Shown here one piece after another: positions 55,701 to 64,000 of a stretch of DNA of 64,000 nt. Origin of the DNA: an uncultured cyanobacterium (lineage in GTDB: Bacteria > Cyanobacteriota > Cyanobacteriia > Cyanobacteriales > Cyanobacteriaceae). The stretch's first letter is position 1; every line of letters begins with the position of its first letter. The stretch is taken from assembly GCA_963749915.1 (NCBI GenBank), contig CAVVOP010000022.1, positions 512,001 through 576,000 of the forward strand, written 5' to 3'. The position numbers and the translations under genes are program-made. A model generated the notes under the pieces. It saw only the letters and a program-made list of their open reading frames with translations. It was not told the DNA's origin and did not search any database.

Positions 55701-55998
55701 TAGCAATATGCCAAATAGCGATTTGGTCATGGGTTTTACCGCCACCAAAACTAGTTTCTAATCTTAAAATGGGAGAACCGCTACCCTTGCCGCTGAGACG
55801 AGTAAATACCTCTCCGATTAAAGTTTTTATACCATCGGTGGGAAATGTATTAGCAAAAAATAAATCAGGGTTTTGATATACTTGTGGAGCTTTTCCTTCT
55901 ACTACTAAACGCAATTTAGCGGCAAAAAGATCTAACTGTAAATCGCCTGATAATATTTCACCTCTGGGAGTACAACTATCTAAAACAGAAGGGAGCAT
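52774..55998 (-). CDS. DUF499 AAA+ ATPase
   Basis: FFANTFPT, LETSFGGGKTH, MLDEI, SYPFHP, FQKTRGALRL. Confidence 0.9.
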   Translation of the reverse strand: MLPSVLDSCTPRGEILSGDLQLDLFAAKLRLVVEGKAPQVYQNPDLFFANTFPTDGIKTLIGEVFTRLSGKGSGSPILRLETSFGGGKTHDQIAIWHIAKQGRKIQALERFTDLEIIPADTIQVAAIDGRDLDPENGIYHQDTGITTYTLWGEIAYQIGHIEGYQLLQKSDRSGVSPGTSVIERLVNNRPTVIMLDEIARYLSTAKGKAIQDSNLAKQVVNFLFSLMDLASATNNLVLVYSLASSSDTFAEDTNELKELISASARQERVLTPSTDVEIYNIVKQRLFDSVNVDTADTIAKTYLQTYKTNHLNLPDSCKDATYGEAIAQSYPFHPELFNLLTKKIAAIPEFQKTRGALRLLAQLVRYLWQNPPEYIPLIHTHHLPVGLEKNITDDLTSRIQRGTMRPAVNADIYNPSGRLAYAQQQDEEWLTAGKPPFSSYIGRTIFLHSLNYGISAGIRLGELNLSLLTPGLDANFVDRALNNLQAVAWYLDVDPISNIARFKEEPSINKIISEEKEQIGRSEAKEELRTRRDSIFAKKLFTLISAPDSSSDVDDRADEIALCVLDFDEAIITNATDTAPSFITQIFNNTGESGRFRIYRNRLLFLLANKAEIDRAIDITREYKAIHNILNSQTRLEDLSESQQKQLKQRYGAKDLEVRIALTNAYRHLFYPDNDPVKAPDGLKHYVLPAQDSSTVKGKNNQQDVILKALKDCQKVRSDEPLKAYAPAYIMQKVWAKGLDSISTMALKETFAKDLSLKFLLDAEISLLRDTIRQGLTEGVWDMQLGEKMYIKTDTGLSNLPEIIEFSDNYTLYRRGILKPPEPKVIQLSAQVINQETKEVRVRWKAKGALMVSLYQDNSLIKDDFRPSDEYTTAIEKLTIFKVVADYGSGETAIQETTVSLATIGVKEPSGGYIVNPEPDIFQLKPSEIVKEGTVNATFTYLKDQCSDYKITALSSLIITVDSVMDYRKLGTSLSLLNRPQLWSILIDQTVTIQAQEQFIRLEYQGDTRGFQSFFNTLNSLLNSPSAQANLSLSLTIDFTSPVTPDGTEINMIFDALKRNPVERLNLKASVNEQ

Positions 55999-56020
55999 TT
56001 GTTTTTGGAAAATAAATTAA

Positions 56021-56442
56021 TAGAACTCTTGCAAAAATAAAATGAATATGATTATTCTAATTGTAATGGGCGATCGCCAAAAACAAAAATCGTCAAAATT
56101 AGTTGAATCAGGACTTAATGCATAAAAAATACTTATGTTATTCTAAAAAATCAAGAAAAAATAATTATTAATAGAAAAAAAATCAGAAATTAACCATAAT
56201 AATTATCGGAAACTTTCAGATAGTTAAATAGATTTTGTTTGGAGTTCATATTTGACTATTTCTACTAATAAATCATAGGTTTTTTTAGTTACTCCAAACC
56301 TTCTCTTAAACTTTTTTGGTGGCAATTTTTCTATTTTTTAAAATTTCATAAGCAAATCTTATACTTTTCTAGTAAGCGATCGCTTATATTAACAAATTTT
56401 GACACTTAATTTTAACTGATATTCAATTTTGCAAGAGGTTTA
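56021..56442. mobile_element. MITE-like element with 16-bp terminal inverted repeats
   Basis: TAGAACTCTTGCAAAA ... TTTTGCAAGAGGTTTA (14/16 match); two internal HIP1 sites; non-coding and AT-rich. Confidence 0.65.
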
Positions 56443-56525
56443 ATATTATTACTTGAATTTCAAGCCTGCCAGGCATGACTAATATTTGCCTTAATAAGTC
56501 ATTTTTTATCTAGTTTGGGCTGGTT

Positions 56526-56767
56526 CTAACGGATTTTGTGGGTGGGCAATTTTTCGGCTGGTCGGCGACCATTCATCGAGCTGGCAATCAACAAATTGTG
56601 CAACCAGTTGTCATGGTATTGAAATCCATTGAGGTCGTTAAAGGGCGAAACGTGCCTGACTAGCGATATAGGAGATTGTTCGTCTCCGCTTCGCTCCGAC
56701 TCACGCGCCTCTCATCCCGACGCTCACCCTATCGGTTAGAGCTCGGGGCTTCCCGGCTAGGAGCTAA
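56526..56767 (-). mobile_element. GC-richer IS remnants: probable transposase C-terminal tail plus an IS200/IS605-like end
   Basis: Minus frame ...FQYHDNWLHNLLIASSMNGRR...*; CCGGGAAGCCCCGAGCTCT...AGCGTCGGGATGAGAGG hairpin-rich end. Family assignment from memory only. Confidence 0.45.
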
Positions 56768-56876
56768 AGCAAAAGGCATAGGGAATATTTGAAAGGTTCA
56801 GTAAACCTATTTTATTTAAGGTTGACTCGATCATATAATAGTTGTAGGTTAACTTATAATTTCTCTTGAAAATAAT

Positions 56877-57449
56877 TTGACAATTCCGAATCAAAAAAAA
56901 CAGTTAAGAAAACAATTTATCAAAAAAAGATTACAACTTTCTCCCACTCAATGGCAAAAAAAAAGCGATCGCCTATGTCAAAATTTAATTGATAGTCAGA
57001 TTTTTCGCCAAGCTAAAGTGGTTTTAAGTTATGTTAGTTTTAAACAAGAGCCTGATTTAAGTTTATTGCATCAACAAGCCGACGTTATTTTTGGTCTACC
57101 CCATTGTCAAGGAAAAAGTTTAATCTGGCATCAATGGCAATGGGGGGATAAATTACAAAAAAATTCTTATGGTATCAGTGAACCTTTTTCAGATTCTCCT
57201 TTAATTGATATTAATACCGTTGATTTAATTTTAGTTCCAGCAGTGATGGGCGATCGCAAAGGTTATCGATTAGGTTACGGCGGCGGTTATTACGATCGAA
57301 TGTTAGAATTACCGTCATGGAAAAATATTCCTACCGTTGGGGTTGTGTTTGATTTTGCTTATGTGTCTGAATTGCCCCAAGAACCATGGGACAAAAGTTT
57401 GTATTGTATTTGTACAGAATCAGGAATCAAAAAGAAAGAAAAGAATTAA
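56877..57449 (+). CDS. 5-formyltetrahydrofolate cyclo-ligase
   Basis: YGISEP, DLILVP, RLGYGGGYYDR, EPWD. Confidence 0.92.
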   Translation: MTIPNQKKQLRKQFIKKRLQLSPTQWQKKSDRLCQNLIDSQIFRQAKVVLSYVSFKQEPDLSLLHQQADVIFGLPHCQGKSLIWHQWQWGDKLQKNSYGISEPFSDSPLIDINTVDLILVPAVMGDRKGYRLGYGGGYYDRMLELPSWKNIPTVGVVFDFAYVSELPQEPWDKSLYCICTESGIKKKEKN

Positions 57450-57522
57450 GGAACAAAATCAGTAAAATTCTCCGTCACAGGGTACAGTTTGTTAGACTGA
57501 CAATGAGTAAAATTATTATCTT

Positions 57523-58077
57523 ATGTTAAATAACATGAATTTATTAAAAATTAGCCATAAAGGTTTTTGGACAACTTTAGCTTTAAGTGCAACTTTAGTT
57601 ACGGCTTTACCTCATGTTGTTTCAGCACAAGGTGGCAGTAACCCCGGATTAACCATTTTCAGCGGGGTAGATCGCCAAGATATACTTAGTTACCACCTAG
57701 ATTTTGGTGGCAAAGCGGGGGGATGGGATCGTTATCGTCTCAGAATTCCAGGTAAAAAAATCACTGAAGGAGTTGCTAAATTTTTCATCACTTACCCCGA
57801 TTATTACACTGGTAAATTTGACGTTGACTCCATTGAAGTCAGGGTAAAAAATAACAAATTGCCTATCAGAGAAATAATTTGGGATCAAGAAAGTCGTATT
57901 ATTGAAATTGACTTGGAAGAACCTTTATTGGAAAGTAACAAAGTTGAATTAGTGTTTTCTAATGTGAAAAACCCCGATCCTGGTGGTACTTTCTACTTTC
58001 AAGCCCAAGTTTTAACTCCAGGGCAAGTACCTATCAGATTAAATGTAGGTACGTGGATTGTGAGCATTAGTAAATAG
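57523..58077 (+). CDS. DUF2808 family exported protein
   Basis: Signal-peptide-like N-terminus, DRYRLRIP, SNVKNP..GG.FYF. Confidence 0.8.
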   Translation: MLNNMNLLKISHKGFWTTLALSATLVTALPHVVSAQGGSNPGLTIFSGVDRQDILSYHLDFGGKAGGWDRYRLRIPGKKITEGVAKFFITYPDYYTGKFDVDSIEVRVKNNKLPIREIIWDQESRIIEIDLEEPLLESNKVELVFSNVKNPDPGGTFYFQAQVLTPGQVPIRLNVGTWIVSISK

Positions 58078-58087
58078 TTGAGGAACA

Positions 58088-58120
58088 TTGTGGGGGCTTA
58101 GTAATATTTCGCCCCTACAA
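58088..58120. repeat. REP-like hairpin / possible terminator
   Basis: TTGTGGGGGC...CGCCCCTACAA between convergent genes. Confidence 0.6.
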
Positions 58121-58239
58121 GAAATTGATAATAACAAGATAAGCTAAGATGCAGTCAAACTACTTCTTTTCAAAGTAGTTAAATAAGTTTGAGTTTTGCA
58201 TTTGCAAAAGATTTAATGCCGTCAATCACTAATTATTCA

Positions 58240-58620
58240 TTATGTCCCAGGTTTGCAAACATTGTAATCTTCATGGGAAACCACAGCTTCAGGAGCGACC
58301 AAATCACCATAGTCTCTGCAAATTAGACGGTAATTTCTAGTGACGGGAATACTAATTATAAATCGATCATGTCTTAGTCTTTTTCCCCTAAAGTTAGTAT
58401 AACTGGCTCGATTTTGAATATTGTAGATTATTTGTCTAGCCTTTAAGACTACATTTCTCGGCAAAGAACTTAAGTCAATAGGATCCTGCGAAAATGTTGC
58501 TTCCCAAGCATTCTTTTGTTTTCTCTTTTCCTCTCTAAGTGCTTGTTTTTGTTCACACTTATGACAATCTCTACCGTAGCCTAAATGACCACAAGCAAAT
58601 TTTTTTCTTCTTCTAGACAT
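58240..58620 (-). CDS. Small protein with a Cys/His zinc motif and a RelE/ParE-like C-terminal region
   Basis: CGHLGYGRDCHKC, then ISIPVTRNYRLI and SHEDYN. Confidence 0.6.
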   Translation of the reverse strand: MSRRRKKFACGHLGYGRDCHKCEQKQALREEKRKQKNAWEATFSQDPIDLSSLPRNVVLKARQIIYNIQNRASYTNFRGKRLRHDRFIISIPVTRNYRLICRDYGDLVAPEAVVSHEDYNVCKPGT

Positions 58621-59326
58621 TTCTGACCTCTCTTTGGACTGGTGTTTAGCATTTATTTGAGAATCAGTCAGCAAAGCTTACAGAAAATTTCTCACAGGTT
58701 TAAAATCTAACCTTAAGTTTTTAAAATACAAATATCCTTATTGTTACCTAAGTATTATTTAGTTATGTTTGTTAATATTTATTAATTGTGTAAAGTTGTT
58801 AATTAAAACCTTTGCATTATCAGGAATAAAAAAAGTTTGTATTTATCCACTTAAATAGTAATAACAAGATCAGTTTCCTAATTTAAAAAACTTAGATTTT
58901 AAAAAAGTAATTACTCTAAAAGCTTTGATTCAAGATTGATCCCCACATTATTAGGATACAAGATCTCCCTTAAAATCCACAAACTTTATTACAATTTCTT
59001 AAGGAAATAGCTTAATAAAACTTTAAGATCCTCAGAATTAACTCGGAGATTCAGTAAGTAGTTCTACATAATCGTTTAATCTTAGGCAATAAAAAAAAGA
59101 AAGACCAAACACAAAACTACTTAATTAAATTATTTAAGATAGTGTAAATTTGACAAAAATAGGCTAAAAAGATCCGTAAAAATACACAAAATTAATTTGA
59201 AAGAGAAAATCAAAGATTTTTTCGCTAAAATTAGTTTAGATTACAAAAATTATAAATAATTTGTTGATATTACTGGGGTAATAGACTATATTTAATAATG
59301 ATTTTTCATAACCACTGATAAAACTG

Positions 59327-61042
59327 ATGAATCAAAATAACCTTTCCGCTCAAGTTTTTTTAACCGTTAATACCCTTGAAGATCAAAACGATGGTAGCGA
59401 AGTTGATGGTTTATCTCTCAGAGATGCCATTATCCTAGCTAATGCTGATCCTAGAAGACAATACATTATCAATGTACCGGAGGGGACATATAACCTCACT
59501 CTCACAGCAGACGGTTCTTTAAATATTGCTAGTAATATTACAATTCTCGGAGTTAGTGCCGGTGGAACTTTACTCACGGCTAGTTTCCTGGGCGATCGCA
59601 TTTTTACTGTTTCTGGTACTGGAAATCTTAATCTGGCGAATGTTACTCTCCAAGATGCGAATGTCGGCACAGAAAATCCTATTATTGATGATGGGACGAC
59701 GGGAGTTATTGCCGTTGACGGTGGTGCTATTAAAATCGAATCCGCAGGAAAAGCAACTTTAAACAATACCATCATTGCCCAAAATAGCACCAATGGTAGA
59801 GGAGGTGGTATTGCTAATAATGGAATTTTAGAAATTAATGATTCTGTTGTACTGGTTAATTTTGCGGTGGGTAATGGCGGTGGAATTTATAACGGCGATG
59901 GTGGTACAGTTCGGATAAATCGTAGTACCATAGCTTTTAACTCCACCAGCAACACCCTAGACGAAAATGCGTCCCTCGGTGGTGGCGGTATTTTCAACGA
60001 TGTTGGCGGGGAGATAACGATTGTTAATAGTACTATTTCTGGGAATAACAGTATCATCGGCGGTGGGATCTGGACTCAAGGAGATCAAGCCACGATTATT
60101 AATAGTACGATCGCCCAAAATAGTGGTTCTACAGGTTCAGGTATTTTTTCGGGCAATCGCCAAGATGCTACTACTCCAGTCAACACAATACTCCGCAATA
60201 GCATTGTGGCTGAAAATATCAACAGTGCCGACATAGACGGAAAATTCGATAATCTGAGTTCTTATAATCTTATTGGTGCATCAGAAAAAGGTAGTTTAGT
60301 TAATAACTTCAATAATAATCTTGTTGGCAGTTTAGAAAGTCCTATTGATCCTCTTATTGGGGATTTACCCGGAGAATTTACCACTACTGATGGGGCGTCT
60401 GCATTATTAGTTCACCCCCTGCTTGAAGGTAGTCCTGCTATTAACGCAGGAAATAATGCCAATACTCAAATTCGTAATCTTTTTAACTATTATGGCAACC
60501 AAGATCAACGGGGTGAGGCTAGAATTATTGATGGTACGGTGGACATAGGTAGTTATGAATTTATACAAGGTTCAGGAATCGGGAATGATGACCTTACTTC
60601 AGGATTGAATACCCCCATTTATCGCTTTCAAAATACTTCCCTACCCGGTACTTATCTATTTGCAGGGGAGGAGGAAAGACAAAGTATTAAACAAAATAAT
60701 CCTAATTTTGTCGAGGAAGGTTTTGCTTTTAGTGTCGCAGTACAACCCGAAGATGATTTAATTGCTATTTATCGCTTTCAAAATAGCAGTGTCCTGGGTA
60801 CTTATCTTTATGTTGGAGAACAAGAAAGACAAAGCATAAGACAAAACAACCGCAACTTTATTGAGGAAGGTCTAGCTTTTTACGTTTATGGTGCCGATGC
60901 GAACAAAGGACAAGATATTTACCGTTTCCAAAACTTAGATCAACCCGGTACGTATTTATTTGTGGGAGAAGCCGAGAAAAATAATATTACGGCTAATTTC
61001 TCTAACTTCCGCTTAGAAGGAGTTGCTTTTGAAGTGGCTTAA
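59327..61042 (+). CDS. CSLREA / choice-of-anchor-Q beta-helix surface protein with three C-terminal YRFQN repeats
   Basis: GLSLRDAI, GGGI.N repeats, GSPAINAG...DQRG..R...GTVDIGSYE, three IYRFQN...GTYL units. Confidence 0.8.
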   Translation: MNQNNLSAQVFLTVNTLEDQNDGSEVDGLSLRDAIILANADPRRQYIINVPEGTYNLTLTADGSLNIASNITILGVSAGGTLLTASFLGDRIFTVSGTGNLNLANVTLQDANVGTENPIIDDGTTGVIAVDGGAIKIESAGKATLNNTIIAQNSTNGRGGGIANNGILEINDSVVLVNFAVGNGGGIYNGDGGTVRINRSTIAFNSTSNTLDENASLGGGGIFNDVGGEITIVNSTISGNNSIIGGGIWTQGDQATIINSTIAQNSGSTGSGIFSGNRQDATTPVNTILRNSIVAENINSADIDGKFDNLSSYNLIGASEKGSLVNNFNNNLVGSLESPIDPLIGDLPGEFTTTDGASALLVHPLLEGSPAINAGNNANTQIRNLFNYYGNQDQRGEARIIDGTVDIGSYEFIQGSGIGNDDLTSGLNTPIYRFQNTSLPGTYLFAGEEERQSIKQNNPNFVEEGFAFSVAVQPEDDLIAIYRFQNSSVLGTYLYVGEQERQSIRQNNRNFIEEGLAFYVYGADANKGQDIYRFQNLDQPGTYLFVGEAEKNNITANFSNFRLEGVAFEVA

Positions 61043-61093
61043 AATATTTTTACTTTTACTGAATTTATTTATTGATAACAAGAGGTTAAAACC

Positions 61094-63745
61094 ATGACAA
61101 CATTTGATTTTTCTCGCCAAGTAGTATTAAATGTCACCACCACCGAAGACCAAAACGATGGTAGTACAGCTAATGGACTTTCATTGAGAGATGCCATCTT
61201 ACAAGCCAATGCCAATCCCTCTAAGGAATATATTATTAACCTGCCTGCGGGTACTTATAATTTAACCATTCAAAATATTTTACAACCACCTGCTATTGAC
61301 GACAGTACTCCTGATTTAGATACTTTAAAAGAAAGTCGTAAAACTACGGGAGATGTCGATATTAGCGGTAGAATTACCCTTATCGGTGAAGACCCGAATA
61401 ATACGATTATTAGCGGTGCAGGATTACAAAAAATCTTTAACGGTGCTAATTTAGAAGGGAATCCACCCAGAACTGTAACTCGTGTTTTTACCGTAGGCGA
61501 TCGAGTATTTGATGTTCTTTCAGGGGGGAATTTAACGTTAGAAAATGTTACGGTGCAAGATGGACTACTGATTGAGGATCAAACTATCTTTGTGGATACC
61601 AATGGCGATGGTAGGATTAACACTTTGGACCCGCGAGAAGTAATACAAATAGGAAATATCGATACAACACCAAACGGTGGTGCCATTAATGTTGAAATAG
61701 GTGCGACAGCCGTCATTAATAATACTATCATTGCCAATAGTATCAGTGAAGTTAAAGGAGGCGGAATTAATAACAGTGGGAATCTGATCTTAAATGACTC
61801 TATCATCAAAAACAATAAAGCTACCATAATTAATACCGCTAACTTTATTAACGCCGAAGTTAAAACAGGAGGAGGTATTTTTAATAACGGTACTTTAGAG
61901 ATAAACCGTAGTTCGATTATTGGCAATTTTGTTCAATCTTCTCAACCTACGGACATTGAGGGTGCTGGGGCCGGTATAACCAATGATTCAGGGGGTATTC
62001 TCACCATTGTTAATGGTACAATATCAGGCAATGACGCAGGAGTAGATGCCGGTGGGGGGATACTGACCAGAAGTAGAACCACGATCATTAACTCAACTAT
62101 TACTGACAATATCGGGCAAGTAGGTGGTGGTATTTATTCTGAAACTACAGGAGCAAATACAGTAATTAACAATAGCATCGTTGCCGATAATAAAATTCCC
62201 ACAGAATTAGTAGAAGAAATTACAAGGGATTTTCCTCAATTCAATTTAATTGGTGTGAACGACGTGAATTTTGTGAATGAGTTCATTTGGGATATTATTC
62301 AGGATACGAATAATCTAATTCAACCACCCCCTGATGCTGATCCTTTCAGAGATTCCTACTATGATATTCGTATTCTTTACAAAAACGGAGATCCTTTTTC
62401 TCCTTTTCCTCCTGAGGGATTAGATATAAGTTCAAGAGTGGATCTTGAAAATCTAGTCTTTGATCAAAATGCTGATGTTCAATATGTTTTTAATCGTTAT
62501 TCTGGAGAGGATTTAGATAACTTTTTTACGGAGAATAACGGTTTTGTCAATGAAGATAATAATTTAGTGACAAACGTGGATCAAAACTTTGTTTTTGCCT
62601 ATCGCAATGACTCAAATAATTTAGTTTTTCTAGAAACAGATTTTGAATTTGACTCTGAAGGAAAACTGGTTTTAGTACTTACAGATTCCACCGTTAATCC
62701 CAGTACTGAGTTTACTCAGGATATCTTTATCGCTGACAAAGAGGAAATTTTTACTTTTGATACTTTTAACAATACTTTGTTACTTGATGACGCTAATAAA
62801 CGTCAGGCTAGTTTTGTGCGAGATCAAAATAATCAGGTTCGTAACTTTTCCAATGTAGTCAATTTTCAAAATAGGACGATCGCAACTATTACTACAGAAA
62901 TACCAAATCCACCTTTACCCACGGATATTGATGGTTTTTTTGGTAGCGGTAGCTCATTTAATTTAATCGGTAGCAGTAGTGCTAATGGTATTGTGGATGG
63001 AGTTAATAATAATATTGTTGGTAGTACAAGTAATCCTCTGAATCCGCAATTGGAACCTATTACAGATTCTCAGGGAAATATTATTGCCTATGAATTATTA
63101 AGTGACAGTCCGGCTATAAACGCTGGAAATAACGAAATTGTCTCATTACGTCAGTTTTTTTCTGATAATCCCGTAGATCGATTTGGTAATCCTCGCATCA
63201 ATGACGGTACTGTAGATATTGGTAGCGTGGAATCTGGTTTTAGTAATAGTAACAATAATAATAATTTAGATCAGATCCCCGTTCTCAACGATGGTGATTC
63301 TTTATTAAATACTCCCATTTTTCGTTTTCAAAATGCTAATGTACTGGGTACTTACCTTTATGCAGGTGAACAAGAAGCCCAAAGTATTCGCTCGAATTTT
63401 CCCAATTTTATCGATGAAGGATTAGCTTTTAAAGTGGGAATTAACCCCGATGACGAATTAATTCCTATATACCGTTTCCAAAACAGTGCAAAACCCGGTA
63501 CTTATCTTTATGTTGGGATGGAAGAGAGACAAAGTATTTTAAGCAATAATCCTAATTTTCTTGATGAAGGTATCGCCTTTTATGTATATGGTGCGGATGC
63601 CAATAAAGGACAAGATATTTATCGTTTCCAAAACATTAATAATCCAGGTACTTACTTATTTGTAGGAGAAGCAGAAAAAAATAATATCCTCGCCAATTTT
63701 AACAACTTCCAATTAGAAGGAGTTGCTTTTGAAGTAAATGCGTAA
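61094..63745 (+). CDS. Tandem paralogous CSLREA / choice-of-anchor-Q surface protein with a large internal insert
   Basis: Same N-terminus, beta-helix repeats and triple C-terminal repeat; DTNGDGRINTLD Ca-binding-like motif. Confidence 0.8.
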   Translation: MTTFDFSRQVVLNVTTTEDQNDGSTANGLSLRDAILQANANPSKEYIINLPAGTYNLTIQNILQPPAIDDSTPDLDTLKESRKTTGDVDISGRITLIGEDPNNTIISGAGLQKIFNGANLEGNPPRTVTRVFTVGDRVFDVLSGGNLTLENVTVQDGLLIEDQTIFVDTNGDGRINTLDPREVIQIGNIDTTPNGGAINVEIGATAVINNTIIANSISEVKGGGINNSGNLILNDSIIKNNKATIINTANFINAEVKTGGGIFNNGTLEINRSSIIGNFVQSSQPTDIEGAGAGITNDSGGILTIVNGTISGNDAGVDAGGGILTRSRTTIINSTITDNIGQVGGGIYSETTGANTVINNSIVADNKIPTELVEEITRDFPQFNLIGVNDVNFVNEFIWDIIQDTNNLIQPPPDADPFRDSYYDIRILYKNGDPFSPFPPEGLDISSRVDLENLVFDQNADVQYVFNRYSGEDLDNFFTENNGFVNEDNNLVTNVDQNFVFAYRNDSNNLVFLETDFEFDSEGKLVLVLTDSTVNPSTEFTQDIFIADKEEIFTFDTFNNTLLLDDANKRQASFVRDQNNQVRNFSNVVNFQNRTIATITTEIPNPPLPTDIDGFFGSGSSFNLIGSSSANGIVDGVNNNIVGSTSNPLNPQLEPITDSQGNIIAYELLSDSPAINAGNNEIVSLRQFFSDNPVDRFGNPRINDGTVDIGSVESGFSNSNNNNNLDQIPVLNDGDSLLNTPIFRFQNANVLGTYLYAGEQEAQSIRSNFPNFIDEGLAFKVGINPDDELIPIYRFQNSAKPGTYLYVGMEERQSILSNNPNFLDEGIAFYVYGADANKGQDIYRFQNINNPGTYLFVGEAEKNNILANFNNFQLEGVAFEVNA

Positions 63746-63878
63746 CTAAAAAGATCGTCAAATTTTAGGAAAAAACAACAGGGTAATCGCAGCTAATAAT
63801 AGTCGATTGGTCTATTGTCTGGTTCTTTTCGTCCCAATACTGTTCGGAAGCGTGCCGAAAAGGTTACTGTGAGGGAAA

Positions 63879-63970
63879 AGTAATAAGTAATAAGTAATAA
63901 GTAATAAGTTAGTAATATATAACTTCAGATTTTGAGTCCAAAATCCTACTCTGAAAGAAACTCAGAACTA
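63879..63970 (+). repeat. (AGTAATA)n heptamers followed by copy 2 of the ~60 bp dispersed repeat
   Basis: TTAGTAATATATAACTTCAGATTTTGAGTCCAAAATCCTACTCTGAAAGAAACT versus 32598. Confidence 0.8.
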
Positions 63971-64000
63971 TAATTTCCCTGATTTTATTACCTTCTAACT

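Noticed and set aside
56460..56770. 6S RNA (ssrS/ssaA), expected upstream of 5-formyl-THF cyclo-ligase in many bacteria
   Set aside because: I could not recognise the 6S rod structure or cyanobacterial 6S sequence; the stretch is better explained as IS remnants. An Rfam search would settle it.
63780..63875. Possible ncRNA or small ORF after the second surface protein
   Set aside because: No recognisable structure or product; it resembles generic intergenic repeat sequence.

Overview
AT-rich cyanobacterial chromosomal segment. HIP1 GCGATCGC sites are frequent and the gene content resembles Geminocystis/Cyanobacterium-type Chroococcales (inference). The housekeeping backbone is cls, gyrA, 2-Cys prx, iscA, pfkA, pstB, tRNA-Gln(TTG), aroC, glyA, ureC with divergent ureEFGD, a flv4-sll0218-flv2 operon, a non-canonical chlH paralogue, an acyl-CoA ligase/GNAT, mutS2, ndhD2 and two tandem beta-helix surface proteins. 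Two accessory zones stand out. (1) 11.6-18.2 kb is a graveyard of defence genes: a Uma2 stub, a degraded foreign Eco57I-type RM locus whose helicase gene is interrupted by a Fic cassette, an hsdR stub and an ISAzo13 remnant. (2) 41.5-56.8 kb is a DUF499/DUF1156/PLD-SNF2 'restriction-like' anti-phage island. Its core genes are split into oppositely oriented blocks, with CAGTGAA-type heptamer arrays at the junctions. It also carries a four-helix-bundle cassette, two PemK-type TA modules (one flanked by HIP1-containing direct repeats) and a nested ABC-ATPase plus putative PD-(D/E)xK nuclease pair. Many small repeats (MITEs, REP pairs, palindromes) occur, several translated in-frame inside proteins. 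All family calls come from motif recognition by eye; no database searches were run.
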